A stretch of 64,000 nucleotides of DNA from Pseudobdellovibrionaceae bacterium. Its GTDB lineage: Bacteria > Bdellovibrionota > Bdellovibrionia > Bdellovibrionales > UBA1609. Shown piece by piece: positions 37,301-47,647 of this stretch. Positions within the stretch are counted from its first letter, which is position 1, and every line of letters begins with the position of its first letter. Under the pieces are notes generated by a model that saw only the letters and a list, made by a program, of their open reading frames with translations, was not told where the DNA came from and did no database searches. The stretch is from assembly GCA_020635055.1 (NCBI GenBank), contig JACKAN010000012.1, positions 38,672 to 102,671 on the forward strand, given 5' to 3'. Position numbers and translations under genes: made by a program.

Positions 37301-38415
37301 TTTAAATCATAAAGATTTAAATTGGTGTGGAATTTTTTAGAACTATCAAGATCCATAGAGAAATTGGAGACCTCTATTTTACCTGAAGAATGGTGTAAAA
37401 CCGCATTGCCAATATTCAAGTTATTGTTGTGGATTTTTCCAAAAAGATTAGCGTTACCAACTTCATAATCTTCAACAAATACTCTGTAAGATTTTAACTG
37501 AAAATTCAATTGAGTGTCATCCTTGAAATCATGTTTTATATCCAGTTCACTTTGAATGGAGCCTGACAGTTTAGGCAAATGAATGTCTGGAGCCAATTCA
37601 GATGTGACCCTTACCAATTCTGGCAGTAACAAATTGGATCGCAACTTGGCTTCCATATAAGTCATTTCGCCATTTAAAACATTTCCCTTTATTAAAGAGG
37701 TTCCGACGAGATAAGAGTTTTTCTTTTTTATTTTGAGTGCAGTTATCACGGTTTCATTGGGATCTAAGACGAAATTGGTACTCAGACTTATAGAAAGAAT
37801 AGGGTCCTTATCTAATTTCTTAATGTGAATATTTTTAGATGAAAAATAAACACTTAATTTATCTGTTAAATTGTTTAATTCTAAGTCGAAGCTTTCTATA
37901 CGCGTAGCAATACCTTGGGGATCTATTTTAAAAGTTAAATCCACATCGCTAATATAAATATCATCTATAGGAATCTTTTTTAAAAATTTAAAATCAAAAT
38001 ATGTAGAAGGTGAGGTTTCGCCATCTTTTATCTTTGGCTTTGATGGATTATGAATAAAAGCCTTTATTTCTGCTTTATTAATTTCTACAGAAGAAATTCT
38101 TAACTTACCAGTTAGAAGTGCCCACCAATTAAGTGAGGCGTTGACCTGCCCAATAGTGAAGGGTGCTAATTGAACTTTGAGTTTGCCTTTAGGTATTATT
38201 TTTACATTTGAAAATCGCACAACTAGGGGTAAGTATTCTATCTCAATACCTTGGGGCCAAATTGTTAGGGGCAAGTTCTCATTGGAGTATTTTTCGATTT
38301 CAATTAGCATCCATGTTTTAAACCTTGGCATGTGATATTCGTTCAAAAAGCCAATTAAGAAAAAAAAGGCAGAAAAAATAACAGCTGGAATTATAAACTT
38401 AAGTGCGCGTTTCAC
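34390..38415 (-). CDS. tamB: Translocation and assembly module protein TamB (DUF490/AsmA-like), 1341 aa
   Basis: It has an N-terminal anchor helix, a long beta-rich body and a C-terminal DUF490-like end (...FSVSRQFTPKFGMSLSR...KFEYKF). Confidence 0.85.
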   Translation of the reverse strand: MKRALKFIIPAVIFSAFFFLIGFLNEYHMPRFKTWMLIEIEKYSNENLPLTIWPQGIEIEYLPLVVRFSNVKIIPKGKLKVQLAPFTIGQVNASLNWWALLTGKLRISSVEINKAEIKAFIHNPSKPKIKDGETSPSTYFDFKFLKKIPIDDIYISDVDLTFKIDPQGIATRIESFDLELNNLTDKLSVYFSSKNIHIKKLDKDPILSISLSTNFVLDPNETVITALKIKKKNSYLVGTSLIKGNVLNGEMTYMEAKLRSNLLLPELVRVTSELAPDIHLPKLSGSIQSELDIKHDFKDDTQLNFQLKSYRVFVEDYEVGNANLFGKIHNNNLNIGNAVLHHSSGKIEVSNFSMDLDSSKKFHTNLNLYDLKIHKLLDALHIDGVPIELPLSGDLPCYGRMEPDFLVTCKGIVNLESVNVWDDIKKSFNIVSFGKTQLLGSFVVNSKSVKYNTNIKINKSQGSSSGVIDYNKGFDIKYHGQIKDLKKDIPNIANLNIEGSSKITGKTWGTSKWGRIQLNLDGKNMWLDDFGLGNPKFDLGYKKGTLSFRNVQSLQGNTRIKGDLNINLLSKLIRVDATSSFLDAEDLTYLFQRKVKLPINIKGTGAANLTAKGPLQFNYLSYSLDSTLFRGSIAKENFDKLTFNIESKNGFVESKNIVIYKADSRIFFKGKTNPKGDLDAVILGERLRLEQSEYLKDLGLNLGGQLDFTMAMRGPILSPNTELHGRLSKMLIADRPESDSSFWLRFNNDSLEGKAKFIGNVLQTEFKIPYNEKVPFKLYLKSEKWNFTHLFTMFSGSDIQKEYITQLTSEILLESPKNGLWNSTGYIKIPSLKLSNGESYLNNNDPMELTFNKGVMDSHDFRLDGPSSFVELKSSHSSRDYVDLSVNGKFNLELLTLVTPFLDELRGVSSIVLNIKGPAENPDILGSSYIQEAYIKLKGLPHAFEKLTGDLLFNQRTLVINSLKSDFAGGQLTADGRIKFLALNKIPIDIKAYLKNANLNIPQGFLTKGVANLFIKGDFIPYTLGGTYEVESGDVQLNLAGEATDKQRIQPSDFLPKFLIKESTDPLLLNLSVRLDKPVNVLALVPEAKINTKISGKMNIKGSPLRPQLDGLIRSLPGGTMIFRSNEFDLSSASIEYKNQAPTEPDLQVTAKANIKSKSQSSEIEATGEEYEVTLDVQGNAKNPEISLISNPPLTENDIVSLLAFGITSSNYQSVDSDQQALQSGVEVGAQFVKQQLGITKAVESTIGLNLDISSVIDDENTAAPKFSVSRQFTPKFGMSLSRTQGKSPSNEMKFEYKFNEKFSVVGQVQKQEAGTTTDGDSSIETQEKVGLDLEYKFQFK

Positions 38416-39461
38416 TGTCCCTCTCCAAGTATTTCATTGAGAAGAGTCTGGGCCGAGCGGTAATTGGGTCTTATTCTTAATATACTTTTAAGAAGTTCCA
38501 CAGCTTTGGTTTGTTGCTTTAAAAAGCTATACGCTTGAGCCTTAATGTAAATGAGAGCAAAATTATCATCTGCATTTTCAATATCAATTTTACTTTCAAG
38601 TTTTTCTGCTTCATTTAATACTTTAAAGTAGTCTTCAGCTAACAGTAACAACTCTAATCTTAACCACATTGTAGCCGTATCTGCATTTGCGTCCTCTAGA
38701 ATTTTCAAGGATTTGTTGTACATATCAAAGAATGTAAACATAACAGAAAGATTATAGGCAAAATGGGGGTTTTCCTTAGAAATTTTCAAAGCCTCTTTGA
38801 ACAAAATTTCGGAAAATATTTCATCATTGGCATCAATGGAGTCTATGACCGAAAATGAAACTTCTTTTACTTTTCTTTGTTCCATTTTTTTGTTTACTAA
38901 TTCTCGAGCTTGGCGTTCTTTAAAATCTTCATATACGGAATCAATAGATTTATCTTCAGGAAAGACTTCTTTGTATTTTAAATATGCTTTTTTCTCATCC
39001 TCAATAAGGCGTTGGTTTTTTAGAAATTCTATTTTTTGCTTCAGATTTCTACGCAACTTTTCAAGATTCTTATTTTTTTTATCCCAAAGATCTTGTCTAA
39101 TTTTCTGAAAGCGAATATCAAATGTTATCCATTTTTTATTCAAAGCTAATTGTTGGATGCTTTTAGTTTCCTGGCAACCTTCATAAATGGATTGAATAAT
39201 ACTATTTGAGATACTGATTTTGTTTATGATTAAAATCTCAATAAAGTGAGGCCAGGCTATAAGTTCTCTTTCAAAAAACCTTCTAGGAAATTGACGGAAC
39301 AAATCTTTATACAATCCGGCAAGTACAAAAAATTGTGAAATTTGATACAATTCTTTTCGGGCCACATGACTATCTGCTGACTTCATTAGCATAGTCTCTG
39401 CGACTTCAGCTAATGAATTGCCTTCATTTAACATATTGCGAATACTTAGTTCGATGCTCAT
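38412..39461 (-). CDS. Hypothetical helical / TPR-like protein
   Basis: It has a TPR-like C-terminus (AQAYSFLKQQTKAVELLKSILRIRPNYRSA). Its stop overlaps the tamB start. Confidence 0.6.
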   Translation of the reverse strand: MSIELSIRNMLNEGNSLAEVAETMLMKSADSHVARKELYQISQFFVLAGLYKDLFRQFPRRFFERELIAWPHFIEILIINKISISNSIIQSIYEGCQETKSIQQLALNKKWITFDIRFQKIRQDLWDKKNKNLEKLRRNLKQKIEFLKNQRLIEDEKKAYLKYKEVFPEDKSIDSVYEDFKERQARELVNKKMEQRKVKEVSFSVIDSIDANDEIFSEILFKEALKISKENPHFAYNLSVMFTFFDMYNKSLKILEDANADTATMWLRLELLLLAEDYFKVLNEAEKLESKIDIENADDNFALIYIKAQAYSFLKQQTKAVELLKSILRIRPNYRSAQTLLNEILGEGQ

Positions 39462-39571
39462 CTATATTATAGTACCAAATGCTTTGGAGTAGCCTTAATG
39501 GATCGCGACGCATCATGCAAATTTGACTGAAAGTCCTAGGTCAAATTTACCTAACAAATAGTCCGCAATTT

Positions 39572-40135
39572 TTAGTTGTGTACTCTTTCTGAGTATTCAC
39601 CGGTATCGGTATTTATCTTAAGAGTGTCACCTTCGCCAATGTGGAGGGGAACTTGTACAACAAGACCTGTTTCCATGGTGGCTGGTTTGAAAGTATTTGA
39701 AACGGTATTTCCTTTAAAACCTGGATCTGTTTGTACAACTTTTAAAACTACTGAATTAGGAAGCTCAATGCCAACGGCACGACCGTTAAAAAAAATAATT
39801 TTGGCTTCTAAATTCTCAATTAGGTAATTTTTATCATTACCAATAAGTTCATGATTTAGACAAATCTGTTCATAACTGGTCTGATCCATAAAATTAAAGC
39901 CACTTTCATCTTCATATAGATAATTCATGTCTTTATACTCTACATCAGCAACTCCAAATTTTTCTCCAGATTTAAAAGTCTTTTCAAGATTTTGTCCTGT
40001 GAGAAGGTGTTTGAGTTTTGTTCGCGTGAACTGGTTTCCCTTGCCTGGTTTTACATGTTGGAAATCAGTCACGGTATAGGGATCATTATCAATAAGAATT
40101 TTTAGACCTTTTTTGAAATCGCTAGTGGTATACAT
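39572..40135 (-). CDS. efp: Elongation factor P
   Basis: It reads MYTTSDFKKGLKILIDNDPY...HVKPGKGNQFTRTKLK. I prefer the ATG at 40135 over the upstream TTG. Confidence 0.93.
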   Translation of the reverse strand: MYTTSDFKKGLKILIDNDPYTVTDFQHVKPGKGNQFTRTKLKHLLTGQNLEKTFKSGEKFGVADVEYKDMNYLYEDESGFNFMDQTSYEQICLNHELIGNDKNYLIENLEAKIIFFNGRAVGIELPNSVVLKVVQTDPGFKGNTVSNTFKPATMETGLVVQVPLHIGEGDTLKINTDTGEYSERVHN

Positions 40136-40168
40136 AATAGGCAAAAGTTATCAGAATGTGCCAAAGGG

Positions 40169-40996
40169 TCAATATTGAATTTTGTCTTTTCTGCGTTTGT
40201 TAATATTATGTAAGAATTTTTTTAAAAGTTGAACTTTTTCTTCGTCCTTCTCTATGGTTCTTGGTGCAATAGGAGCTAATGTTTCCACAGAAAGGTCTGA
40301 AATGCTCTGCGGCTTAATTATACGAAGTCTTTTTAAGAGTTCGGGATGATTGGCGAACTCTAAACGAGCGTCTTCAAATATTGCAAAAGCCTTGTCATTG
40401 TCGTTTCGAATTATGTAAGCATCAATTAAAGATAAAGATCTTTCCAAGCGATTCATTTTGGCATCATGTGTCAGAGGTGCATTATTAAGAAAAGATGGGG
40501 GAGGATCAATAGATTTATTCTTGTCTTTATTTTGTATAGGTGTTGTATCGAGTTCTTCAAATACACTATTTGGAAAGTCTTCTGCGGAAAGACTTTCCAA
40601 TGTTTTTACTACTTTTTGTGCTTTTGCGTTATCGGGAGAGTGAAAAAGAACCATTTTGTAGGCTTTTAAGGCCTCTTTAGTTTTTTTAAGTCGCAATAGC
40701 AATTCACCTAATGTCTGATAAGCTAAAATATTTTCAGGGGAGAGTTCTGTGGCTTTCTCTAAATGATCTACAGCGCGTTCACTTTCTTCAAGTTCAATGA
40801 GAGCTCTTGCCATAGCAATATGACCACCTGCAAAGCTTGGGTGGTAGTTCAGGCCAGTTTTGCAAATAGTATAAGCTTTATGAGCTAGACCCATCTTGCG
40901 ATAAGCTTCGGCCAAAGGTGCAAAGACTTTAGATTTTGGCTCTCTTTCTAAAATCAATTGATAGCGTTCAATAAATTCAGGACTTATTTCTTCCAT
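40169..40996 (-). CDS. TPR repeat protein
   Basis: It contains several TPR units (AYRKMGLAHKAYTICKTGLNYHPSF..., AYQTLGELLLRLKKTKEALKAYKMVL). Confidence 0.7.
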   Translation of the reverse strand: MEEISPEFIERYQLILEREPKSKVFAPLAEAYRKMGLAHKAYTICKTGLNYHPSFAGGHIAMARALIELEESERAVDHLEKATELSPENILAYQTLGELLLRLKKTKEALKAYKMVLFHSPDNAKAQKVVKTLESLSAEDFPNSVFEELDTTPIQNKDKNKSIDPPPSFLNNAPLTHDAKMNRLERSLSLIDAYIIRNDNDKAFAIFEDARLEFANHPELLKRLRIIKPQSISDLSVETLAPIAPRTIEKDEEKVQLLKKFLHNINKRRKDKIQY

Positions 40997-41078
40997 AATT
41001 TATCTTCGCACTGCTTCTTGTTGATTTCAACTTTTAGCATCTGTTGCGAAAATAAATAAGGAGGTGTTAAGTTAGCTT

Positions 41079-41588
41079 ATGCGTCTAATTATGGGGATAG
41101 ACCCTGGTTCAAGGGTAACGGGTTGGGGAATCATTGAAATTCAGGGTGAACAGTATAAAACCGTTGATTTTGGTATCATCCGACTAACTAAAAAAAGTCT
41201 CAGTGAACGATTATATTTACTTTCTCAGTCTTTAAATAAAATAATGCAGCAATATCAACCTCAAGAAGTGGTTGTTGAGAAGATTTTTTTAGGTAAAAAT
41301 GCCGACAGTGCGTTTAAATTGGGCCATGCTCGTGGGGTTTGTTTTATGTGTTCTGCACAAAATCGAATCGAAGTTTTTGAATACGCAGCCAGAAAAGTGA
41401 AGCAATCTATCACCGGTTCAGGGGGTTCCACTAAAGAACAAGTGCAAACATTGACCCTAGCCATGTTAAGAATGAAAACAGAAATCCCACTGGATGCCAG
41501 CGATGCTCTTTCCATAGCACTTTGTCACTCGATGGAATCAAGAATTAAAGCAAAATTGGAAAATGGTTGGAAAGGAGTCTTATTATGA
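41079..41588 (+). CDS. ruvC: Holliday junction resolvase RuvC
   Basis: It shows MGIDPGSRVTGWGII, the VVVEKIF region and DASDALSIALCH. Confidence 0.93.
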   Translation: MRLIMGIDPGSRVTGWGIIEIQGEQYKTVDFGIIRLTKKSLSERLYLLSQSLNKIMQQYQPQEVVVEKIFLGKNADSAFKLGHARGVCFMCSAQNRIEVFEYAARKVKQSITGSGGSTKEQVQTLTLAMLRMKTEIPLDASDALSIALCHSMESRIKAKLENGWKGVLL

Positions 41589-42160
41589 TTGGTTTTTTAC
41601 AGGGATCCCCCATGGAGTTTGGCGAAGAAACCCTTATTATAAATGTTCGAGGAGTGGGTTATGAGGTGCATTGTTCTAAAAATACTTTGGATTTTGTAGT
41701 ACAGAAAGACATTGTTCAATTGTATGTTTATACTCATATAAGAGAAGATCAGTTTCTGTTATTCGGATTTCATACTAAGGCCGAAAAAAGTCTTTTCATG
41801 TCTTTGATTAAGGTCAGTGGAATAGGGCCAAAAATGGCAACTAAAATACTTTCAGCGGCAAAGTCGGAAGCTATATTTTCAATGATAGATAATAGCGATG
41901 TAAAGGGCCTCACACAACTGCCCAAGATTGGTAAAAAAACTGCGGAGCAAATGATTCTTTCCCTCAAAGGTAAATTGGTGTTTGCAGATGATGAAGAAAA
42001 ATTAAGAAAATTTATGGCAAAAAATGATATAGTTTCAGCACTTGTTCATCTTGGTTTTAAACTTAATGATGTTCAATCTGTTGTGGCCCAAATGGAACCA
42101 GAAACGGATCTTCACGAAGGTGTGCGAAAAGGTTTGGTGGCCTTGACTCAACAGATTTAG
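41585..42160 (+). CDS. ruvA: Holliday junction DNA helicase subunit RuvA
   Basis: The MIGFLQG start overlaps the ruvC stop (ATGA). An HhH region ([26 protein letters not shown]) is present. Confidence 0.92.
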   Translation: MIGFLQGSPMEFGEETLIINVRGVGYEVHCSKNTLDFVVQKDIVQLYVYTHIREDQFLLFGFHTKAEKSLFMSLIKVSGIGPKMATKILSAAKSEAIFSMIDNSDVKGLTQLPKIGKKTAEQMILSLKGKLVFADDEEKLRKFMAKNDIVSALVHLGFKLNDVQSVVAQMEPETDLHEGVRKGLVALTQQI

Positions 42161-42186
42161 ATTTTTTTACCTGTAAGGGGAATGGA

Positions 42187-43188
42187 ATGGAGTCTCTATT
42201 AATTGGAGAGAAACAAGATTTAGAAAATAACGACAGTTCATATGAAATGAGCTTAAGACCTAAAGTATTTGAAGATTTTCCTGGGCAAGAAAAAGTAAAA
42301 GAAAAGCTAAAAGTATTTGTACAAGCAGCTAAAATGCGTGAAGAACCATTAGATCATGTTTTACTGTGTGGCCCCCCTGGTTTGGGGAAAACAACATTGG
42401 CTCATGTTATTGCCAACCACTTAGGTGTGGATTTTAAGTCAACATCAGGTCCAGCGCTTCATAGAAAGGGCGATTTAGCGGCAATACTCACTTCACTGAC
42501 AGTAAATTCTGTTTTTTTTATAGATGAAATCCATCGTTTGAGTAAAGATGTGGAAGAATATTTATATAGTGCTATGGAGGATTATTATTTAGATATCGTC
42601 ACAGGGGAGGGCTTAGGAGCTAGATCCATGAGATTTCAATTGGCACCATTTACTCTGATTGGTGCAACTACACGTGCGGGTTTATTAAAAGCCCCCTTTC
42701 GCGATAGATTTGGAATTGTTGAACACTTATCTTTTTACAACAGAGAAAGTTTAAAAAAAATCCTTCTTCGTTCAGCAAAACTTTTAGACTTAACAGTCGA
42801 AGAAGAAGGAGCAAATGAAATTTCCAAGAGGAGTCGTGGCACACCTCGCATAGCCAATCGACTTTTAAAAAGAGTTCGAGATTATGCCGAAGTTACTGGC
42901 AATGGTGTAATTACATCTGAACTTGCTAATTATGCTCTTGATCAGCTGGAAGTCGATCGCTTGGGTTTAGGGGAGATGGACCGTAGAATTTTAAGCCTAA
43001 TTCTACATAATTTTTCTGGTGGACCCGTTGGTTTGGATACTCTTTCTGCAGCTTTAAGTGAAGAGTCAGATACTATAGAAGAAGTGTATGAGCCCTATTT
43101 AATTCAAGAGGGACTATTGCAAAAAACACCCAGAGGTAGAATTATTACAGATGTGAGCAAAAAACATTTGGCAGAAGTGAGTGTTTAA
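42187..43188 (+). CDS. ruvB: Holliday junction DNA helicase RuvB
   Basis: It has [12 protein letters not shown], Walker [10 protein letters not shown], Walker B FIDEIHRL and [11 protein letters not shown]. Confidence 0.95.
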   Translation: MESLLIGEKQDLENNDSSYEMSLRPKVFEDFPGQEKVKEKLKVFVQAAKMREEPLDHVLLCGPPGLGKTTLAHVIANHLGVDFKSTSGPALHRKGDLAAILTSLTVNSVFFIDEIHRLSKDVEEYLYSAMEDYYLDIVTGEGLGARSMRFQLAPFTLIGATTRAGLLKAPFRDRFGIVEHLSFYNRESLKKILLRSAKLLDLTVEEEGANEISKRSRGTPRIANRLLKRVRDYAEVTGNGVITSELANYALDQLEVDRLGLGEMDRRILSLILHNFSGGPVGLDTLSAALSEESDTIEEVYEPYLIQEGLLQKTPRGRIITDVSKKHLAEVSV

Positions 43189-43205
43189 GTCATTTCTCAG
43201 AGAGA

Positions 43206-43472
43206 TTACCAAGGGCCTGTACACTCATAAGAAGTTTTAGAGTAGTAAACCTTTTCGCCAATTTCTGAACAATGTTTAAAGTAAAATTGCATAGGTTTCC
43301 AATCCGAATGACTGGGCATGGGGCGACGAATGTGCATAGCATCTACCCTATAGGCAGCCCCAATCGCAGTATTGTTTTCATCGTAATCTTCCTGGCCAAT
43401 TGTTCCTTGAGTACCAGAAGAGGAACACCCAGCAACGCATAACAATATAAAACTTAAATATAAATTAATCAT
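43206..43472 (-). CDS. Small lipoprotein of unknown function
   Basis: The lipobox is LCVAGC. The protein is 88 aa. Confidence 0.55.
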   Translation of the reverse strand: MINLYLSFILLCVAGCSSSGTQGTIGQEDYDENNTAIGAAYRVDAMHIRRPMPSHSDWKPMQFYFKHCSEIGEKVYYSKTSYECTGPW

Positions 43473-43648
43473 AGGCCTAACAGATTTATCGGTAAATTAA
43501 ATTAGCTCATCAAGTGTTATTTTTTCCACAAGCATGGCTAATAAGACACAGGACCATGGTGCGGCCAACTTCTCAATTCCAATAGTTTTGATCTCAAGAT
43601 GATTTTATAGTTGCAGATAAAGGCACGAAATTTGTATATATAATATTA

Positions 43649-44557
43649 ATGTTTTTACAAAGAACAATTAGAAAACGAGTGGCGATAGAGGGAATGGGAC
43701 TTCATACTGGAAAACCCACTCAACTCAGTTTTGTTCCAGCTCCTGACAATACAGGAATATATTTCGTTAGAACCGATTTGCCAGGACGTCCAGCTATTGC
43801 AGCTCGTGCTGAATTTGTTCAGGCAACTTCTTATGCTACGACATTGGGTGGAGATGAATTTAGTGTTTCAACAGTTGAACATTGCCTGTCCGCTCTTGCA
43901 GCACTCCGCATAGATAATTTATTTATAGAATTAAATGGACCCGAAATACCTATTGGTGATGGAAGTGCGAAAATCTTTTTAGAAGCTTTGTTGGCAGCTG
44001 GAATGACAGAGCAAAATGCTCCAAGAAAATACGCTTATATTGATCAAAATATATACTATGGTGATGATGAAAAGTACGCTTATGTAGTTCCCTATAACGG
44101 ACTCAGAGTGACTTGCACCATTGAATTTTCACATCCCCAAATTGGACATCAAACATTAGATATCGATATTAATGAGCACTCCTTTTCCCGTGAAATTAGC
44201 AGAGCCCGTACTTTTGGTTTTTTAAAGGATGTAGAAGCTTTAAGGCAGCGAGGTTTGGCAAAGGGAGGAAGTTTAGATAATGCCATTGTATTAGACAGCG
44301 AAGAAATTCTAAATCCTGACGGATTGCGGTATCCCAATGAATTCGTCAGACACAAAATTTTAGATGCTCTTGGAGATCTTGTTACATTAGGTATGCCAAT
44401 GATGGGCCATTTAATTTTGTATAAAGCTGGCCATGATGTTTTAAACCGATTAGTTCGCAAAATAATTGAAAGTCCGGAGTCCTATCGCCACATAGAATTG
44501 GGTTCCAACCTTCCCGAAAAAGATTTAGATGGATCTTACCTTTGGGCTTTTAGTTGA
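43649..44557 (+). CDS. lpxC: UDP-3-O-acyl-N-acetylglucosamine deacetylase
   Basis: It shows QRTIRKRVAIEGMGLHTGKP, TVEHCLSAL and HKILDALGDL...GHDV. Confidence 0.95.
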   Translation: MFLQRTIRKRVAIEGMGLHTGKPTQLSFVPAPDNTGIYFVRTDLPGRPAIAARAEFVQATSYATTLGGDEFSVSTVEHCLSALAALRIDNLFIELNGPEIPIGDGSAKIFLEALLAAGMTEQNAPRKYAYIDQNIYYGDDEKYAYVVPYNGLRVTCTIEFSHPQIGHQTLDIDINEHSFSREISRARTFGFLKDVEALRQRGLAKGGSLDNAIVLDSEEILNPDGLRYPNEFVRHKILDALGDLVTLGMPMMGHLILYKAGHDVLNRLVRKIIESPESYRHIELGSNLPEKDLDGSYLWAFS

Positions 44558-44611
44558 CCTTGAGTTAACACTTCTATAAAAATAGTAAAAAATTCATTTA
44601 GGAGTTTTAAC

Positions 44612-45721
44612 ATGATTATTGGGGTTCCCAAAGAAATTAAAATTAGTGAAAGTCGTGTAGGATTAACTGAAGCGGGAGTTAAGCAACTCGTTCTAGAAGG
44701 TCATAAGGTCTATGTAGAAAAAGATGCGGGGTTAGGTAGTCGCATTACAAATGAAGATTATCTCGAAGCCGGTGCTACAATTCTGAGTACTGCAAAAGAG
44801 GTTTATGAAAAATCTCAAATGATTGTTAAGGTGAAAGAGCCTCTTCCAGATGAATTTGATTTTTTAAGAGAAAATTTAATTCTTTATACTTATTTACATC
44901 TAGCTCCAGAGCCTAAATTAACAAAAGTTTTATGTGACAAAAAGGTTAAGTCTATAGCCTATGAAACTATTCAATTAGAAGATGGAAGTTTACCATTATT
45001 AATTCCAATGAGTGAAGTTGCAGGAAGAATGGCCACGCAAGTAGGAGCCTTTTATTTGCAAAAAGATAAAGGTGGAAAAGGCATTCTATTAGGTGGTGTT
45101 ACAGGTACTCACCGCGCAAAAGTCACCATTATTGGTGGAGGTGTTGTCGGTACAAATGCTGCAAAAATGGCAGTTGGTTTGGGAGCTGAAGTTACAATAT
45201 TAGATGTGAATCACTCTCGCTTAGAATATCTTGATGATGTTTTTCAAGGTCGCGTATCTACACTGTATTCTAATATTCAGAATATTGAGCAGTCTGTCAT
45301 TAACTCTGATTTACTCATTGGAGCCGTGTTAGTTCCAGGAAGAAAAGCTCCACACTTAGTTACTAAATCTATTATAGAAAAAATGACTGAAGGCAGCGTG
45401 GTCGTAGATGTTGCTGTAGATCAAGGTGGATGTATTGAAACTTGTCGTCCTACGAGTCATCAAAATCCTACTTTTGAAATAAATGGAGTTATCCATTATT
45501 GCGTTCCCAATATGCCTGGAGTCGTTGCCAGAACCTCGACCTATGCTTTAACCAATGCTACTTTTAAGTATTGTTCTATGATTGCAGCATTGGGTGTGGA
45601 AGATGCAATTGCCAGAGAAAAAGCACTTCGCCATGGGCTTAATACTTATAATGGCTATGTGTCTTATGAGCCAGTAGCACGCGATCTTGGCATGGAATAC
45701 AGACCTTTTAAAGTTCAATAA
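44612..45721 (+). CDS. ald: Alanine dehydrogenase
   Basis: It shows MIIGVPKEIKISESRVGLT, a Rossmann motif IIGGGVVG and the YCVPNMPG motif. Confidence 0.93.
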   Translation: MIIGVPKEIKISESRVGLTEAGVKQLVLEGHKVYVEKDAGLGSRITNEDYLEAGATILSTAKEVYEKSQMIVKVKEPLPDEFDFLRENLILYTYLHLAPEPKLTKVLCDKKVKSIAYETIQLEDGSLPLLIPMSEVAGRMATQVGAFYLQKDKGGKGILLGGVTGTHRAKVTIIGGGVVGTNAAKMAVGLGAEVTILDVNHSRLEYLDDVFQGRVSTLYSNIQNIEQSVINSDLLIGAVLVPGRKAPHLVTKSIIEKMTEGSVVVDVAVDQGGCIETCRPTSHQNPTFEINGVIHYCVPNMPGVVARTSTYALTNATFKYCSMIAALGVEDAIAREKALRHGLNTYNGYVSYEPVARDLGMEYRPFKVQ

Positions 45722-47334
45722 TTATAGACCCCCACTCTTCAGTAGAGAGGAGTGGGATAAAATATTGTTTTAGTTTGCTTTGTATTTTTAAAGTTGGGTG
45801 TCCATACTTTTTTCTTCGTGCAGAGCTTATGGCTATATTTATATGACTGAGCTTTTGCAATAAATAATCGGATGTACTAGTAGAGCTGCCATGATGACCT
45901 AGAAGTAAAATTTGGATTTGTTTGCTGATTCGAGATAGCCAAATTTTTTCTAGAAAGCTAGGGCTATCTCCTGGTATTAAAATCTTCTTATCCCATTCAA
46001 AAATTCTACTGTAACAATTTGTAGTTTTTTGGGAATTACAATATTGAGAGGGATTTATGCTAATTATAGATGGATTAACAAATGAGTTACACATGGGCAG
46101 GCTTCTTAATAGCTTTTTTTTTTAAAGGATAGTGTTTCCTCTGGAAGATTGTTTAAACAAAATAAACCTTTTTTTCTTTTAAAATATTTTAAACCATTAA
46201 TATGGTCCCAGTCGCCATGGGACAAGAAGATATAATTTTGAAGCCCAGAACACTTTTGGTCGATTTGTTTTAGTGGAAAAAATTCCCCGCCAGTATCGAA
46301 ATGCAGACATTGATGGCCATTGATTATAGTGACCCATTGACCTTGCCCAACATTCCAGACAATGAATTGATGTTTCCACTCACTCTGTTGGAGCTGTGCG
46401 GGCATAAGAACAAACAATATTATGAGGATGCGCATAGCGACTTTCTTTTTTCATGGATCTCCCAATAAATAAATACAAAGTTTAAAACAAACAAGATCTG
46501 CCATTTGTCAGAAATATCTAAATTAAGTTTAGGTAAAATAAGTGGGAGTTCATTAGAGACATTAGTTAAGATTTTTAAAAAAATGGACCAAATAAAGTCT
46601 ACACTCATAGTAAGTATCGAAAAAAATATATTTAAAAAGGACAGAGGAAGAAGAAAGTAGGCAATGATCGGAGTAAGTAACAAAGTTGCTAATATTGATA
46701 AAGGATGGGCTAAAGCCAGTGGGCTTAGAAAAATGTAAATAAACAAATACAAAAATATAAGCTTAAAACATGTAGGTAATATTTGATGAGTTATGATTAG
46801 GGCAGAGATCCAACTCAATTGTAAAGAAAGTGAACACCATAAACTAGGTTCAATTGCTAACAAAACACTTCCAACATAGAAAATTTTTTGTGAAAGGGTA
46901 TTTAAAGAGATTGGCCAAATAAATTGAATGTAGGCTCTTAAAATTGGAGCTTTTAAGGAACAAAACAATGAATATAATAATAAAATAATTCGAATCAAAT
47001 ACAGATGAAATTTTGTGCAGTTACTATTTCCTATCTTTAACCACTGATAGAGAATGTTCAAATGGAAGCCCGAAACAACAAACAGATGAAGAAGACCCAG
47101 TTGTTTTATAGGAATTAAAAAATCACTATTATATAATGAGTGGCTGCAAATAAGGGCTTTATGTATATCTAAGTATGATGAATTTTTAGGCAACATATTT
47201 AAGCAATATTCGTGCATCTTAGACGATAGTGGTGCTAAATATGTAAGCAGACCCCATTCGTTGATCACGGAAAATAAAGATATGACGGAAAGCATTAGGA
47301 TCATAGACCAAATGAGTTGCAATATTGAGAGCAA
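45708..47334 (-). pseudogene. comEC: ComEC/Rec2 DNA internalisation channel split into three ORFs (46420-47334 competence membrane domain; 46106-46435 and 45708-46094 MBL-fold domain)
   Basis: The competence-domain pattern is GLLHLFVVSGFHLNIL. MBL-domain segments are VWNVGQGQW, HFDTGG, SHGDWDHINGL, LIPGD, LLLGHHGS and KYGHP. Both ORF junctions sit at poly-A tracts on the coding strand (A6 near 46440-46450; A10 at 46114-46123), and one extra A at each would restore a single frame. Confidence 0.65.
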
Positions 47335-47647
47335 TTAAATTCTACAAACAACAAAGTAAGAAAATTTAAGATATTCGAACTTCGAATTTAAGAATCTTAA
47401 CCGGACAAGTGAATTATAGGAATAATAATAAAATAGACCTGTATTATTGAATACTTAGGTATTGATTATGTTTTAATCACTTCGCTAAAACCCAATGCTG
47501 ACGTTAAGTCTAAGGTCTTGTTTGGCCATTAATTCACATTGGATGTGGATAAATCAATTTTATTCCACATATAAAAGAATTAATTCCCATATTTTTAACT
47601 CAACTATCTGTTATTTCGACAATATAATTAATACAACGGAGGAAAGT

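Noticed and set aside
47544-47552. A perfect DnaA box (TGTGGATAA, the rc of TTATCCACA) lies in the intergenic region upstream of the YbgF-like gene, so it was considered as a possible origin.
   Set aside because: There is only one exact box plus one imperfect neighbour, with no box cluster, no AT-rich unwinding repeats and no dnaA or dnaN context.
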